Shown piece by piece: positions 55,450-64,000 of a stretch of 64,000 nucleotides of DNA. The position numbers and the translations under genes were made by a program. Position 1 is the first letter of the stretch. Every line of letters starts with the position of its first letter. Source of the DNA: a virus (taxonomy: Duplodnaviria; Heunggongvirae; Uroviricota; Caudoviricetes); the IMG/VR virus record IMGVR_UViG_3300026966_000012, one strand, 5' to 3'. The notes beneath the pieces are model-generated. The model saw nothing but the letters and a program-made list of their open reading frames with translations, made no database searches and was not told where the DNA came from.

Positions 55450-55824
55450 ATGATCGACATCGGTGAAACGTTCGCCGCCCGGCGATTCGGTACGCTCTCG
55501 TACGTGCTTCACGGGGCCCTCGCAGCCCAGGACTACCTGGGCGACACGGCCGGGGACAGCGGTGTGTCCATGCCGGCCTGCACGCTCAACCACGTGCACT
55601 ACCACCTGGGTTCCGCTGACGACGGAAACACGGACGTCGTGTTCCACAACGAGACGCAAGGCACGAGCGACACCGTGACGCTCAGCACCAACACGGAAGA
55701 CGACGCTGCTCTCGATCTCGACTTCGACGAGGGAGATGAGCTCGCTGTCGAGGTGGGTGCGGTCACCACACCCGGTAGCGACCTGTCCCTCCTGGTCGAG
55801 TACGAGCAGCAGGAGATCGCCTAA
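55450..55824 (+). CDS. hypothetical structural protein
   Basis: 124 aa. Confidence 0.45.
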   Translation: MIDIGETFAARRFGTLSYVLHGALAAQDYLGDTAGDSGVSMPACTLNHVHYHLGSADDGNTDVVFHNETQGTSDTVTLSTNTEDDAALDLDFDEGDELAVEVGAVTTPGSDLSLLVEYEQQEIA

Positions 55825-55854
55825 CTGGGGTTCGTTCCCCCACCCTGACGCCCA

Positions 55855-56361
55855 ATGGTTGACTTTATCGACGATTACGACGCGCTGACAGTGGACGAAA
55901 TAGTCGAGCGGCTCGAAGACAGGCCCGCCGAAGATCTCGTTGCGCTGAAAGCACATGAAGCAGACCACAAAGCCCGGGTGACACTACTCGATGAAATCGA
56001 CACACGACTCGATCGACACGAAGGCGGAGATAGTACAGGCGATCGAGCGGAAGCAGAAGATAGCCCCCGGGACGTCGGTGAGTCCGACGATACAGACGGC
56101 CCTCAAGACAATGAGTCGGTTCAGGGAGCTGGACTCCCAGATGAGTCGGGCACAGCGTCGGACGAAAGAACTGACGACGGTGATGCCGTGGGAGTAAACA
56201 CGCCTGACTCTGGCGACGAAGTGCTGGTCAGGTACATGGGCCACGGCCGCGGGTACGCCGCTGGCCACTGGTTCGATGCCGCCTACGAAGAACGCACCGT
56301 CACATACGACAAGCGAATCGCGGACGCGGTCGATGAGGGGACACTGAGACTCCTCGACTGA
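55855..56361 (+). CDS. hypothetical acidic protein
   Basis: 168 aa. Confidence 0.45.
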   Translation: MVDFIDDYDALTVDEIVERLEDRPAEDLVALKAHEADHKARVTLLDEIDTRLDRHEGGDSTGDRAEAEDSPRDVGESDDTDGPQDNESVQGAGLPDESGTASDERTDDGDAVGVNTPDSGDEVLVRYMGHGRGYAAGHWFDAAYEERTVTYDKRIADAVDEGTLRLLD

Positions 56362-56393
56362 CCGCTCACTACCACCAGCAACGGGATTAACAC

Positions 56394-57032
56394 ATGGAAG
56401 ACTGTCCAATCGATAACTACGACCAGATGACCGTCAGCGAGGTTGGGTCAGCTGTCGGGCCGTATACCAACGGCCTCGAACAGCTATCTGACTCCGACCT
56501 CGTCGAACGGCTCGAGCTGGTCACGGCGGTACTGGAATACGAACGTGCCCACAAAGACCGGAAGACAGCGAAGTCTTCCATCACTGAAGTTCGAGACGCC
56601 CTCGTCGCCGAGGCGCGCCCACGCGGACTGCTCACCCCGGATGAGGAAGCCGAGACTGAAAGCGACGACGCTGACGACGTGCAGACAGACGAAGAAGACG
56701 ACGCAGACGCTGGCGATGCTGACGATGCTGACGGCGAAGATACTGGGGATGGCGATGATCCTGAGCCTGACGCTGCTGAGGACGAGAGCGAGGAGGGTGC
56801 TGAAGACGTAGCCCCGACATCCGGTCCGATGCAGCAGCGCGACAACGAAACGAGAGAGGCCGCGTTTACTGGCGCTGACCGGCGCTCACGTGTCCTCGTT
56901 CGGAACCACCTGAAGGAAGCACGACGCGTTGCGGGACATGCGTTCGATGGTGGAGAAGTCAAAGAGATCGTCCTCGACGACAAACTCCGAGCGGCGATCC
57001 GACGTAACCAGCTCCAGGTGGTGAAGGGGTAG
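56394..57032 (+). CDS. hypothetical protein with a poly-acidic (D/E/A) tract
   Basis: 212 aa. Confidence 0.45.
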   Translation: MEDCPIDNYDQMTVSEVGSAVGPYTNGLEQLSDSDLVERLELVTAVLEYERAHKDRKTAKSSITEVRDALVAEARPRGLLTPDEEAETESDDADDVQTDEEDDADAGDADDADGEDTGDGDDPEPDAAEDESEEGAEDVAPTSGPMQQRDNETREAAFTGADRRSRVLVRNHLKEARRVAGHAFDGGEVKEIVLDDKLRAAIRRNQLQVVKG

Positions 57033-57425
57033 ATGCCAAACAAAGAAGCGGCCTTCGCCTGTGAAATCCGCGACACACAGGCCCACAACAGCGACGACGA
57101 TCCTGACGGTGACGCGGAGTTTACTGTCGTCACGGACACGCTCCACCCTGGAGACACGTTCCGGCACTACGATGCGATCACCGTCCACGTTGAGAACACG
57201 CACGATCAGGCGTTCGACGTGACGGTCCAGTCCGATCATCACGAGGGCGACTTTACGAACCCCGTCGACGAGACAACGCTCTCTCCTGGGTCGGGCGGCG
57301 CTGCGAACACCACGTTCGTCACACCGCGCGGGAAACTCCGGTTCAGTTTCGCGGCGCCCGCGTCGTCCCCCGGCTCCGGTCAGTACAAGTGCTACGTGTA
57401 CGCGAGTGGCCCGCCGAAGCGGTGA
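57033..57425 (+). CDS. hypothetical structural protein
   Basis: 130 aa. Confidence 0.45.
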   Translation: MPNKEAAFACEIRDTQAHNSDDDPDGDAEFTVVTDTLHPGDTFRHYDAITVHVENTHDQAFDVTVQSDHHEGDFTNPVDETTLSPGSGGAANTTFVTPRGKLRFSFAAPASSPGSGQYKCYVYASGPPKR

Positions 57426-57431
57426 TCTTCG

Positions 57432-57830
57432 ATGGTCGTTGAAGCCCGCGACGTGAGAACGGCGCTGAACGAGATCGACGAAGATGCCATCTCGAACGGG
57501 GTTATCACCCAGAAGATCGGACAAGCGAAGGTGATCGTCACTGACCGTGGTGTCAAAGAGTCTGACGATCAGTACGAGTACGCAGTGATCCAGACGGCCG
57601 CGTTCCTGGCGTTCATGGCCAGCCCACCGATGGAGCAAAAGCGTGCCCTCGATGCCGAGGCGCACTGGAACGTCAAGGACTACATCGAGAACCTCAAGTG
57701 GCAAATGAATCTCGCCCTGGAATCCGCTGGCGGCGCTTCTGGTGGTAGGTCGGCTGCGTTCGTCGACAACACAGATGGTGTCTACGACGACGTTACGAGC
57801 GACACTGACGACACGCAGTTTTCGCGATGA
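57432..57830 (+). CDS. hypothetical structural protein
   Basis: 132 aa. Confidence 0.45.
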   Translation: MVVEARDVRTALNEIDEDAISNGVITQKIGQAKVIVTDRGVKESDDQYEYAVIQTAAFLAFMASPPMEQKRALDAEAHWNVKDYIENLKWQMNLALESAGGASGGRSAAFVDNTDGVYDDVTSDTDDTQFSR

Positions 57831-57919
57831 TCTGTGAGACGGCACTCACGGTTGGCATCTGGGCCATCGTCCTGTGCGTTGTTATCCTGTTCGTTTGGAC
57901 GGTGCTCGCGGACAGATAG
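57827..57919 (+). CDS. tiny membrane peptide (30 aa)
   Basis: ATGA overlap; MICETALTVGIWAIVLCVVILFVWTVLADR. Confidence 0.3.
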   Translation: MICETALTVGIWAIVLCVVILFVWTVLADR

Positions 57920-57960
57920 CACCAAACCTGATATCAAGTGCGTGAGACGTATCGCTATCC

Positions 57961-58395
57961 ATGGCGAGTAAAGTCGTCGACATCAACCGAATCCCGCAGC
58001 TCATTCTGGCGCTCGACGAGGCGCAGGAGGAGTATCTCGAGCATATGGGGAAAGCCATCCTCGAGCAGATCGACATGGGATTCGACAAGGGTGCCGACCC
58101 CCTCGGCCGGCCATGGGAGCCACTCGATCCCGAGACAGTCGCTCGGAAAGGACACGACGATATTCTCATCGAATCCGGCGACCTCCGGGACTCGTTTGTC
58201 TACCACGTCGACAAGGGTGAGAACGCCGTTGCTATCGGGTCGAACAGCCCCCTCATCGAGTTCCACGAGTACGGGACGGAAGACATCCCACAGCGTCCAA
58301 TCCTCCAGCCGGCGTCCATCTGGGCGGAAGAACGGCTTATCGTCCCCATGGGACGAGAAGTGCTTGGAAGCCACATAGACCAGGTGACCTTCTGA
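57961..58395 (+). CDS. putative virion morphogenesis protein (Mu gpG / P2 gpS-like)
   Basis: EDIPQRPILQPA resembles the Phage_tail_S PxRPFL box. Confidence 0.35.
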   Translation: MASKVVDINRIPQLILALDEAQEEYLEHMGKAILEQIDMGFDKGADPLGRPWEPLDPETVARKGHDDILIESGDLRDSFVYHVDKGENAVAIGSNSPLIEFHEYGTEDIPQRPILQPASIWAEERLIVPMGREVLGSHIDQVTF

Positions 58396-58742
58396 TGCCG
58401 GACTTTACGGCAACGGATGCGATCATGAACGATGGTCGGTGGAGAGCTGTCGTACCGGTCACACCACAGGGGACGATCACGAACACGAGCGGCTACGCAA
58501 CCCACACACCTGGCGACCCTGTCGACGTCGAGGCGGTCATCAGACCGGCTGCTGCGACGCGCTACTCGGTAATCGCCGAGGGACTGTCGGACGGAGCTGA
58601 GTACGTCATGTTTGTCCGCCACGGAGCACCTGTCTCGTCGGGCGACCAGCTCGACTACGAGGGTTCGACCTACGAGGTGCGGGGGTTGGAGGCTGACCCA
58701 TATGACGGGCTCAAGATCTTCGAGCTCGTCGAGGAGGTCTAA
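58395..58742 (+). CDS. hypothetical structural protein
   Basis: 115 aa. Confidence 0.45.
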   Translation: MPDFTATDAIMNDGRWRAVVPVTPQGTITNTSGYATHTPGDPVDVEAVIRPAAATRYSVIAEGLSDGAEYVMFVRHGAPVSSGDQLDYEGSTYEVRGLEADPYDGLKIFELVEEV

Positions 58743-59360
58743 ATGCTCAGTCACGCAGAACAGCAGCGAATCTACGACTCCGTGCCGACCTCATACTCGG
58801 TGAGTTGGGACGGGTCAACGTACACGTACAGCAACCTCCCTGTCTGGTGGGCTGACCAAGATCACGACATCGACCTCCCTGAGATCGTCCTGGGCTGGAC
58901 CGTCCAGGGTGTCGAGAAAAGCGGCCAGCAACCGATGAATCAGGTGCTCGACTACGACTACAAGCCGAACCAACAGGGGATGGACATCACCCGTGGGACC
59001 CGGGTGTACGACGAGATGCAGGTCACGTTCGCCGTCGAAGCAGACCAGAACGCTGACGGCGTCCCCGCGCCGGTTCGGTCGAACGCGTTTGGCGAGGTGT
59101 TACTCGACCACTTCCGGTACGCGTTCTCCCAGAACAGTGAGGGCTCGAATGGGGAACGAGCAGTGGTGGCCCGCGTGGTCGAGGAGCCATCTATCGTCCC
59201 GGCCGAGATCGACGGCGATCGTGGGCTGCGAGCACGGTTCCCCGTCAGATTCCACTACACGGACACGCACGTCGACGACGAGCCCACAGTCGAGCGGGTC
59301 GAGGGCGACGTGGACCTGGACGACGACCCCAACACCGTCGATTCGTTCTCGTACGACTAA
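58743..59360 (+). CDS. hypothetical structural protein
   Basis: 205 aa. Confidence 0.45.
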   Translation: MLSHAEQQRIYDSVPTSYSVSWDGSTYTYSNLPVWWADQDHDIDLPEIVLGWTVQGVEKSGQQPMNQVLDYDYKPNQQGMDITRGTRVYDEMQVTFAVEADQNADGVPAPVRSNAFGEVLLDHFRYAFSQNSEGSNGERAVVARVVEEPSIVPAEIDGDRGLRARFPVRFHYTDTHVDDEPTVERVEGDVDLDDDPNTVDSFSYD

Positions 59361-59512
59361 TAGACGCCCGCCGACCCACTTATCGGGCCACAACCCCCAC
59401 CTCTCGGGCCTGCAAACCCTCCTCCGGGAGCGTACGAATGGCCATGTATTCTCACTCTCTACTTTTGAGAGGTCTTCGAAGAATACGTGGACGTTGGCGA
59501 CCCAGAACATTA

Positions 59513-59530
59513 GCGAAAACTGGTATATAC
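59513..59530 (+). promoter_or_regulatory. late promoter motif GCGAAAACTGGTATATAC
   Basis: TATA about 31-37 nt before the ATG at 59561. Confidence 0.5.
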
Positions 59531-59560
59531 GCCAGATTGTGTCTGTTCTGATGAAACGAT

Positions 59561-60916
59561 ATGCCAACCAGTGTAGTCGACCTGAGCCTGTCGTCGAGCA
59601 CTGGTGCCACGGTCCAAGAGACGTACAACGACATCTGCGTCATCGGCCATGCCACCAGCGCACCCACGGCTGGGTTCAACACCGTGAAGTCCTACACGTC
59701 CGCCTCGGACGTGGAATCGGACTTCGGGGCCAACTCTGACGTTCACACCGCCTCACAAGCCCTCGCGGAGATGGGCGTCGAGAGTTGGTCGGTCATCGTA
59801 GCAGAAGAAAAGACAGTCACTGACGAAGTGGTCGGAAGCTCCGACTCGTCCGCAGTCACGAACGGGACAGTCGCGAACACACCGATGCACGACGACGACT
59901 CGGTCATCGACGTCACCGTCGACGGCGGGAGTTCGCTGACGAAGAACTTCACGACGGACGACCCGAGCTCGAAGTCGCCGGCCGCTGGTGAGTGCTACAT
60001 CAACACCGACACCGGAGAAGTAGAGTCCGGTGACGCATCGTCCGGGTCGGGCAACGGGATCGAGGTGGACTACCACTACCTCGACTGGTCCCCGGTCAAG
60101 ACGGAGATCGAGCCTCAGGGCTTCGACCTGGTGTTCCTCGCAGACACGTACTTCGACGTTCCCGGGTACGGGAACCTCGACGAGGTCGTGACCTGGGCCA
60201 GCTCGAACGACGCCGGTGTCGTCGGTGCCTCGGTGAACGGCGACAACGAGTCGACCGAGCAGGACGCGATGGACATTGCCCACGAAGTCGGCGGTGCCGT
60301 CTCCTCGGGTTACTACATGCAGGTGGCCCACAAGTCGACCGACGACGTCGCGGCCTACATCGTCGGCCAACTCGGCGTGAACGAAGCCTGGTTCGACCCA
60401 TTCTGGGACGGCGACGGCTACCCGTTCGCGACGAACTACTACAGCCGCGCCAACGTCGGCGACCCCGCCTCGGCGGGAACGTTCGAGGGTGGCGATGCCA
60501 GTAACCAGGAAGGCGCGACCAACGTCGTGATCAGTGTCGACGGGACGAAAGTCCTCTCGAACTCGCTGACCACAGCCGGCTCGTCGTCGAACTACCAGTT
60601 CTTCGACGTCGCCCGGACAGAATCGTTCGTCGCCAGCGAGATCGAAAACGCACTCACGTCGCTGCGTCTGTCGAGTGACCAGATCCCGTACACGTCCCAG
60701 GGTCGCTCGGCCATCATCGGCGCGATCCAGGGCCAGCTCCAGGAGTACGTCTCCGGACAGGGAGCCCCGCTCTCGGAACTGGACATCACGGCACCCACGA
60801 TCGACCAGATCTCGGACTCTGACAAGGCGAACCGCGTGTTCCCCAACATCAGCGTCACCGGCACGCTGGCCGGGAACGTGCACGAGTTCGGCGTCGATCT
60901 GAACGTGAAGGTCTAA
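59561..60916 (+). CDS. putative tail sheath protein
   Basis: 451 aa directly upstream of a roughly 130-aa tube-like protein. Confidence 0.45.
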   Translation: MPTSVVDLSLSSSTGATVQETYNDICVIGHATSAPTAGFNTVKSYTSASDVESDFGANSDVHTASQALAEMGVESWSVIVAEEKTVTDEVVGSSDSSAVTNGTVANTPMHDDDSVIDVTVDGGSSLTKNFTTDDPSSKSPAAGECYINTDTGEVESGDASSGSGNGIEVDYHYLDWSPVKTEIEPQGFDLVFLADTYFDVPGYGNLDEVVTWASSNDAGVVGASVNGDNESTEQDAMDIAHEVGGAVSSGYYMQVAHKSTDDVAAYIVGQLGVNEAWFDPFWDGDGYPFATNYYSRANVGDPASAGTFEGGDASNQEGATNVVISVDGTKVLSNSLTTAGSSSNYQFFDVARTESFVASEIENALTSLRLSSDQIPYTSQGRSAIIGAIQGQLQEYVSGQGAPLSELDITAPTIDQISDSDKANRVFPNISVTGTLAGNVHEFGVDLNVKV

Positions 60917-60931
60917 AGGAGGTGAGATAAG

Positions 60932-61321
60932 ATGCCAAAATCAGAGTACGACGCCCGCGAAGTCTCGATCATGGTCGATGGGGTCGCAATCGCCGACCTC
61001 GACTCGTTCGGATACGACCAGAGTAAAGCCCACGAGCTCGAACGCACCCTCGACGAGGGAAGCGTTTGGGTGAAGGGAACCGGGGAGTTCACCGGGACAG
61101 TGGTCATGAAGGCCACGTCCGACAACATCCCGGACGTCGAAGACCTGTTCCAGAACGACGAGATCTTCGACATCACGATCCAGTACGCAAGCACGGAGCC
61201 ACGCGATCAGAGCGTGTTCACCCGAGTCATGCTCCAGGACTGGGGCCCATCGGACTACGAGCTCGATGGACTCCCGACGTTCGAAGGGTCCTGGGAAGCC
61301 GACGAGGTCGCCCACAGCTAA
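60932..61321 (+). CDS. putative tail tube protein
   Basis: 129 aa after the sheath. Confidence 0.4.
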   Translation: MPKSEYDAREVSIMVDGVAIADLDSFGYDQSKAHELERTLDEGSVWVKGTGEFTGTVVMKATSDNIPDVEDLFQNDEIFDITIQYASTEPRDQSVFTRVMLQDWGPSDYELDGLPTFEGSWEADEVAHS

Positions 61322-61367
61322 CCTCGACGGCAAAACTGTTATAGCGACGGAATCAGTAATCTGATAT

Positions 61368-61976
61368 ATGTCGGGTAACGACAAGTCTGACCCAGAAGTC
61401 ACTGAGCGTCGCGACGTTACTGACCTCTCGACAAACGATGAGGTAGAAGAAGCTGTCGACGACATGCTCGGTATCCCGGAAGAAGAACGGCCGGAACGCA
61501 ATCTGTCCGTCCCAGAGGGCGAAGAAGACCTGGAAGCAGAAGCCGACGAACCAGAGCTTCGCCCCGAGGTCGAAGCGCACATGGAAGCCGCGCGTGAGCA
61601 ACAAGAGGCCCAGGAAAGTGAGTCCTCGACAGAGGTGACCGTCAGCTCGCTCGATGAGCCAGACGAGTGGGAAAGCTTCGACTTCGAAGACCAGGAGTGG
61701 ACGCTCGACGACGCCAAAGAGCCCGAGATCCGCGAGATCCGCGGGATGGTGTTCAAACTCGCCGAGCCAGAAGACGACGACGAGATCCTCAACCAGCTGG
61801 AAGTCGCGAGCGACGGCGACCGCTGGGACCAGATGTTCGCTCTGGTCAGCCTCGTGGTGGAGGGCCCGGAGGTCACAGAGGAGCGGTGGGACAACATGAG
61901 CTTCGCCTCCAAGCTCGCACTCGGGTCGGCCGCAGCTGACTACCTGGGGCTGGACGAGGGTTTTCTCGACGAATAA
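61368..61976 (+). CDS. acidic protein, possible tail assembly chaperone
   Basis: Position between the tube and TMP; very acidic. Confidence 0.35.
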   Translation: MSGNDKSDPEVTERRDVTDLSTNDEVEEAVDDMLGIPEEERPERNLSVPEGEEDLEAEADEPELRPEVEAHMEAAREQQEAQESESSTEVTVSSLDEPDEWESFDFEDQEWTLDDAKEPEIREIRGMVFKLAEPEDDDEILNQLEVASDGDRWDQMFALVSLVVEGPEVTEERWDNMSFASKLALGSAAADYLGLDEGFLDE

Positions 61977-62352
61977 GGGGCTGGGCACAGTCCCCTGCTG
62001 GCCAGATCACGGTCAGCATCGCCCTGAGATTCAACAAAGAGATCGAAGAAGTCGATGCATGGCCCTGGCGCCGCCGATTCGCTTACGCCCTGGCGATCGG
62101 CGCAGTCGAAAACCAGGAGAACGCACAGTCCGAGCTCCCGAATGTAAATACAAGCCAACTCCCCGCTGGCGCGAACGTGAATACGCACATGCCCTCCGGC
62201 AAAGAAGTCCACCCATCCGTCGCGAAGCACGACCACGTATTCCACGTCGAGAACGGCAACTGACCGCTCACTACCACCAGGAGCGTCTGTGGCATACACT
62301 TATTACCGCATACTGTCAATATCTATATATGGAACTAACTGAAAGAAGCACC

Positions 62353-62778
62353 ATGGGACTGACTGAAGAAACCGCGGCTGACTGGATCGGGCGATCGAAA
62401 GAGGAGATGCCCGATGACCTTACCAGTATGTTCGACGCGTTTGACTCACCGTGCCCAGAGTGTAACGAGAACATGGTCGCGTTCGCGCCAGAAGGTATCG
62501 ATAGCGAGTGTGTCTGCTTTGGCTGTGGGGCTGAGCTCCGCTCACACGACGTCGACAATATGTTCGAGGTGGCCAAAGAGAAAGTCGACAACCACATCGA
62601 GACTCGGGGAGAAAGAAAGGAAGCGATGTCGAAGGGTGAGTACAAGCGCGAGGGTAACAAGAACCTCGCGAAGATGCTCGGGATCATCGGTATACTGTTC
62701 TGTCTCACGATCATCGGCATCCCGATAGGTGCTGTCCTGATATACCTCGCCGCTCGCATCGCTCCTGACGAGGAGTGA
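62353..62778 (+). CDS. zinc-ribbon membrane protein
   Basis: CPECN...CFGCG and a C-terminal TM; TATA atctatatat about 25 nt upstream. Confidence 0.45.
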   Translation: MGLTEETAADWIGRSKEEMPDDLTSMFDAFDSPCPECNENMVAFAPEGIDSECVCFGCGAELRSHDVDNMFEVAKEKVDNHIETRGERKEAMSKGEYKREGNKNLAKMLGIIGILFCLTIIGIPIGAVLIYLAARIAPDEE

Positions 62779-62795
62779 CCTGATCTATTTCTGAC

Positions 62796-62814
62796 CCGAA
62801 AACTGGTATATAGG
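62796..62814 (+). promoter_or_regulatory. late promoter motif CCCGAAAACTGGTATATAG
   Basis: Fourth copy, upstream of the TMP. Confidence 0.45.
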
Positions 62815-62921
62815 CCAAATCGTCTTCGTTACAGTAGCAGGCGGTAGTCGTACCGCCGGCGCCGGCCATGAGAGTATCCGCGTCAGTCCCCCAAGAGCGT
62901 CTGTTCGAGGTGGTCGAATAG

Positions 62922-64000
62922 ATGGTTTTCCAGCAGATAAGACATCTTTTTATAACTCTCGACGCCACTGACAAGGCTACCAGAAAGCTCAAGCAGGTAG
63001 ACCGGACTGCGGATAACCTCACGAGGACACAGCGTGAGGCGGCTGAAGCGACACGGAAGTATCGACAGCGGCTCGTGGCGGCTGGGTTCGGTGCAGCGAT
63101 TCTCACCGGCGCACTCGCCCGCATGGTCCAGATGACCGCCGAGGTCGACCGCACGTTCGCCCGCATTGAGGGGACGAGTGGGGCGACGGCCGAGGAGATG
63201 GCACGTATCCGTGAGGAAGCAGAGCGGATCGGTGCGGAGATGCCTGTCCTCATGTCTGACGCTGCTCAATCGTTCGAACAGCTCAGCTATGCCGGCTTTA
63301 GTGTCGAAGAACAGATAGCGGCCGCGAGTGCTGTGACCGAGCTCGCCATCGCGGGTAACATGGAAATGGCCCAGTCGGCTCGTATCGCCTCGTCGGCCGT
63401 GAGAGCCTTCAGCCTCGAAGCCACCGAGGTGGAACAGATCACAGAGTCGATGGCGGCGACGTTTACGAACAGCGCCTTCGAGATGGCCGAGATGGCGCAG
63501 TCGCTCGAGTACGCAATGTCCACAGCGTCGCAGGCGAACCAGTCGTTTACTGAAGTCGTCGCGGCCCTGGGTGTTCTCGCCGACATCGGCCTCCGTGGGA
63601 CGAAAGCAGGGACGGCCCTGGAACGCATGTTCACCCGGCTCGCCAAGCAGAACGGCGAGACAGCGGACGCGATGCAGACGCTCGGGCTCACGATGGACGA
63701 CCTCGTCGACTCACAGGGCGATTTCCTCGACCTGAGTGCGATCGTCCAGATCATCAGCCAGAACATCGAGGAACTCGGCGTGGGTGGTGCCGAGACGCTT
63801 CGTATCCTCCAGGAGCTATTCGGCGCTCGTGGTGGTAGGGCTGCGGCGGCGCTCGTGAACAACACGGACAAGTTCCTCACGAAGATCGGCGACAACGCCC
63901 GTGCAGAGATCCACGCCACGATGGCCACGCTGAACGAACTGAATGAGGAAGAACTCGCCCAAACGAACGAGGTGCTGAACATGATGGTCGAGAACTTCGA
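62922..64000 (+). CDS. tail tape measure protein (3'-truncated at the window end)
   Basis: Untracked because no stop in the window; N-terminal TP901-like TMP domain ...MAQSARIASSAVRAFSLEATE...; Ala-rich and helical. Confidence 0.75.
   Translation, partial: MVFQQIRHLFITLDATDKATRKLKQVDRTADNLTRTQREAAEATRKYRQRLVAAGFGAAILTGALARMVQMTAEVDRTFARIEGTSGATAEEMARIREEAERIGAEMPVLMSDAAQSFEQLSYAGFSVEEQIAAASAVTELAIAGNMEMAQSARIASSAVRAFSLEATEVEQITESMAATFTNSAFEMAEMAQSLEYAMSTASQANQSFTEVVAALGVLADIGLRGTKAGTALERMFTRLAKQNGETADAMQTLGLTMDDLVDSQGDFLDLSAIVQIISQNIEELGVGGAETLRILQELFGARGGRAAAALVNNTDKFLTKIGDNARAEIHATMATLNELNEEELAQTNEVLNMMVENF

Noticed and set aside
62869-62922. 17-aa ORF (MRVSASVPQERLFEVVE) immediately before the tape measure ATG; possible alternative TMP start or frameshift
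   Set aside because: Too short and no support; TMP start at 62922 retained with reduced confidence on the exact start.
1-64000. Integrase/recombinase, DNA polymerase, primase/helicase and lysis genes
   Set aside because: None recognisable in this window; if present they lie outside it, so lifestyle (temperate or lytic) and replication strategy cannot be called from here.

Overview
This window looks like most of the genome of a tailed, myovirus-like haloarchaeal virus or provirus. The sequence is GC-rich, genes are almost all on the + strand and tightly packed with ATGA/GTGA stop-start overlaps, and promoters are TATA-box type placed 25-35 nt before the ATG, which implies leaderless mRNAs. 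Roughly 1-16,600 is an early/accessory region built from about 25 tandem mini transcription units. Each unit has a conserved promoter, a covarying 5' stem-loop that often contains the start codon, a conserved CCCGAMCGGAG box, one to three small ORFs (many zinc-ribbon or tiny membrane peptides), and a conserved T-tract terminator motif. Several conserved non-coding repeat families sit between the units. From 17,100 to 23,300 there are further small ORFs, then a morphogenesis module: putative small terminase, large terminase (24193..25836), portal (26074..27807) and a head morphogenesis protein. An auxiliary block follows: NTP-transferase with a hexapeptide-repeat domain, an SPFH/prohibitin protein, ThyX, two paralogous TGT/DpdA-like proteins, a MazG-like pyrophosphohydrolase, class II RNR NrdJ, an SNase-like nuclease, and a P-loop kinase that is the only minus-strand gene. 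The structural block at the 3' end holds a protease, scaffold, major capsid protein, sheath, tube and a tape measure protein truncated at the window end. Unusual features worth a second look are: the cassette array with covarying start-codon hairpins; a roughly 20-bp motif GCTCACTACCACCAGMAGCG present about 28 times on both strands inside and outside genes; alternating purine/pyrimidine palindromes at module boundaries; a GCGTATCCC iteron cluster; tRNA T-arm fragments; and a possible 7-deazaguanine DNA-modification pair. All coordinates were derived by hand from the ORF track and the sequence, so small ORFs and non-coding boundaries may be a few bases off.
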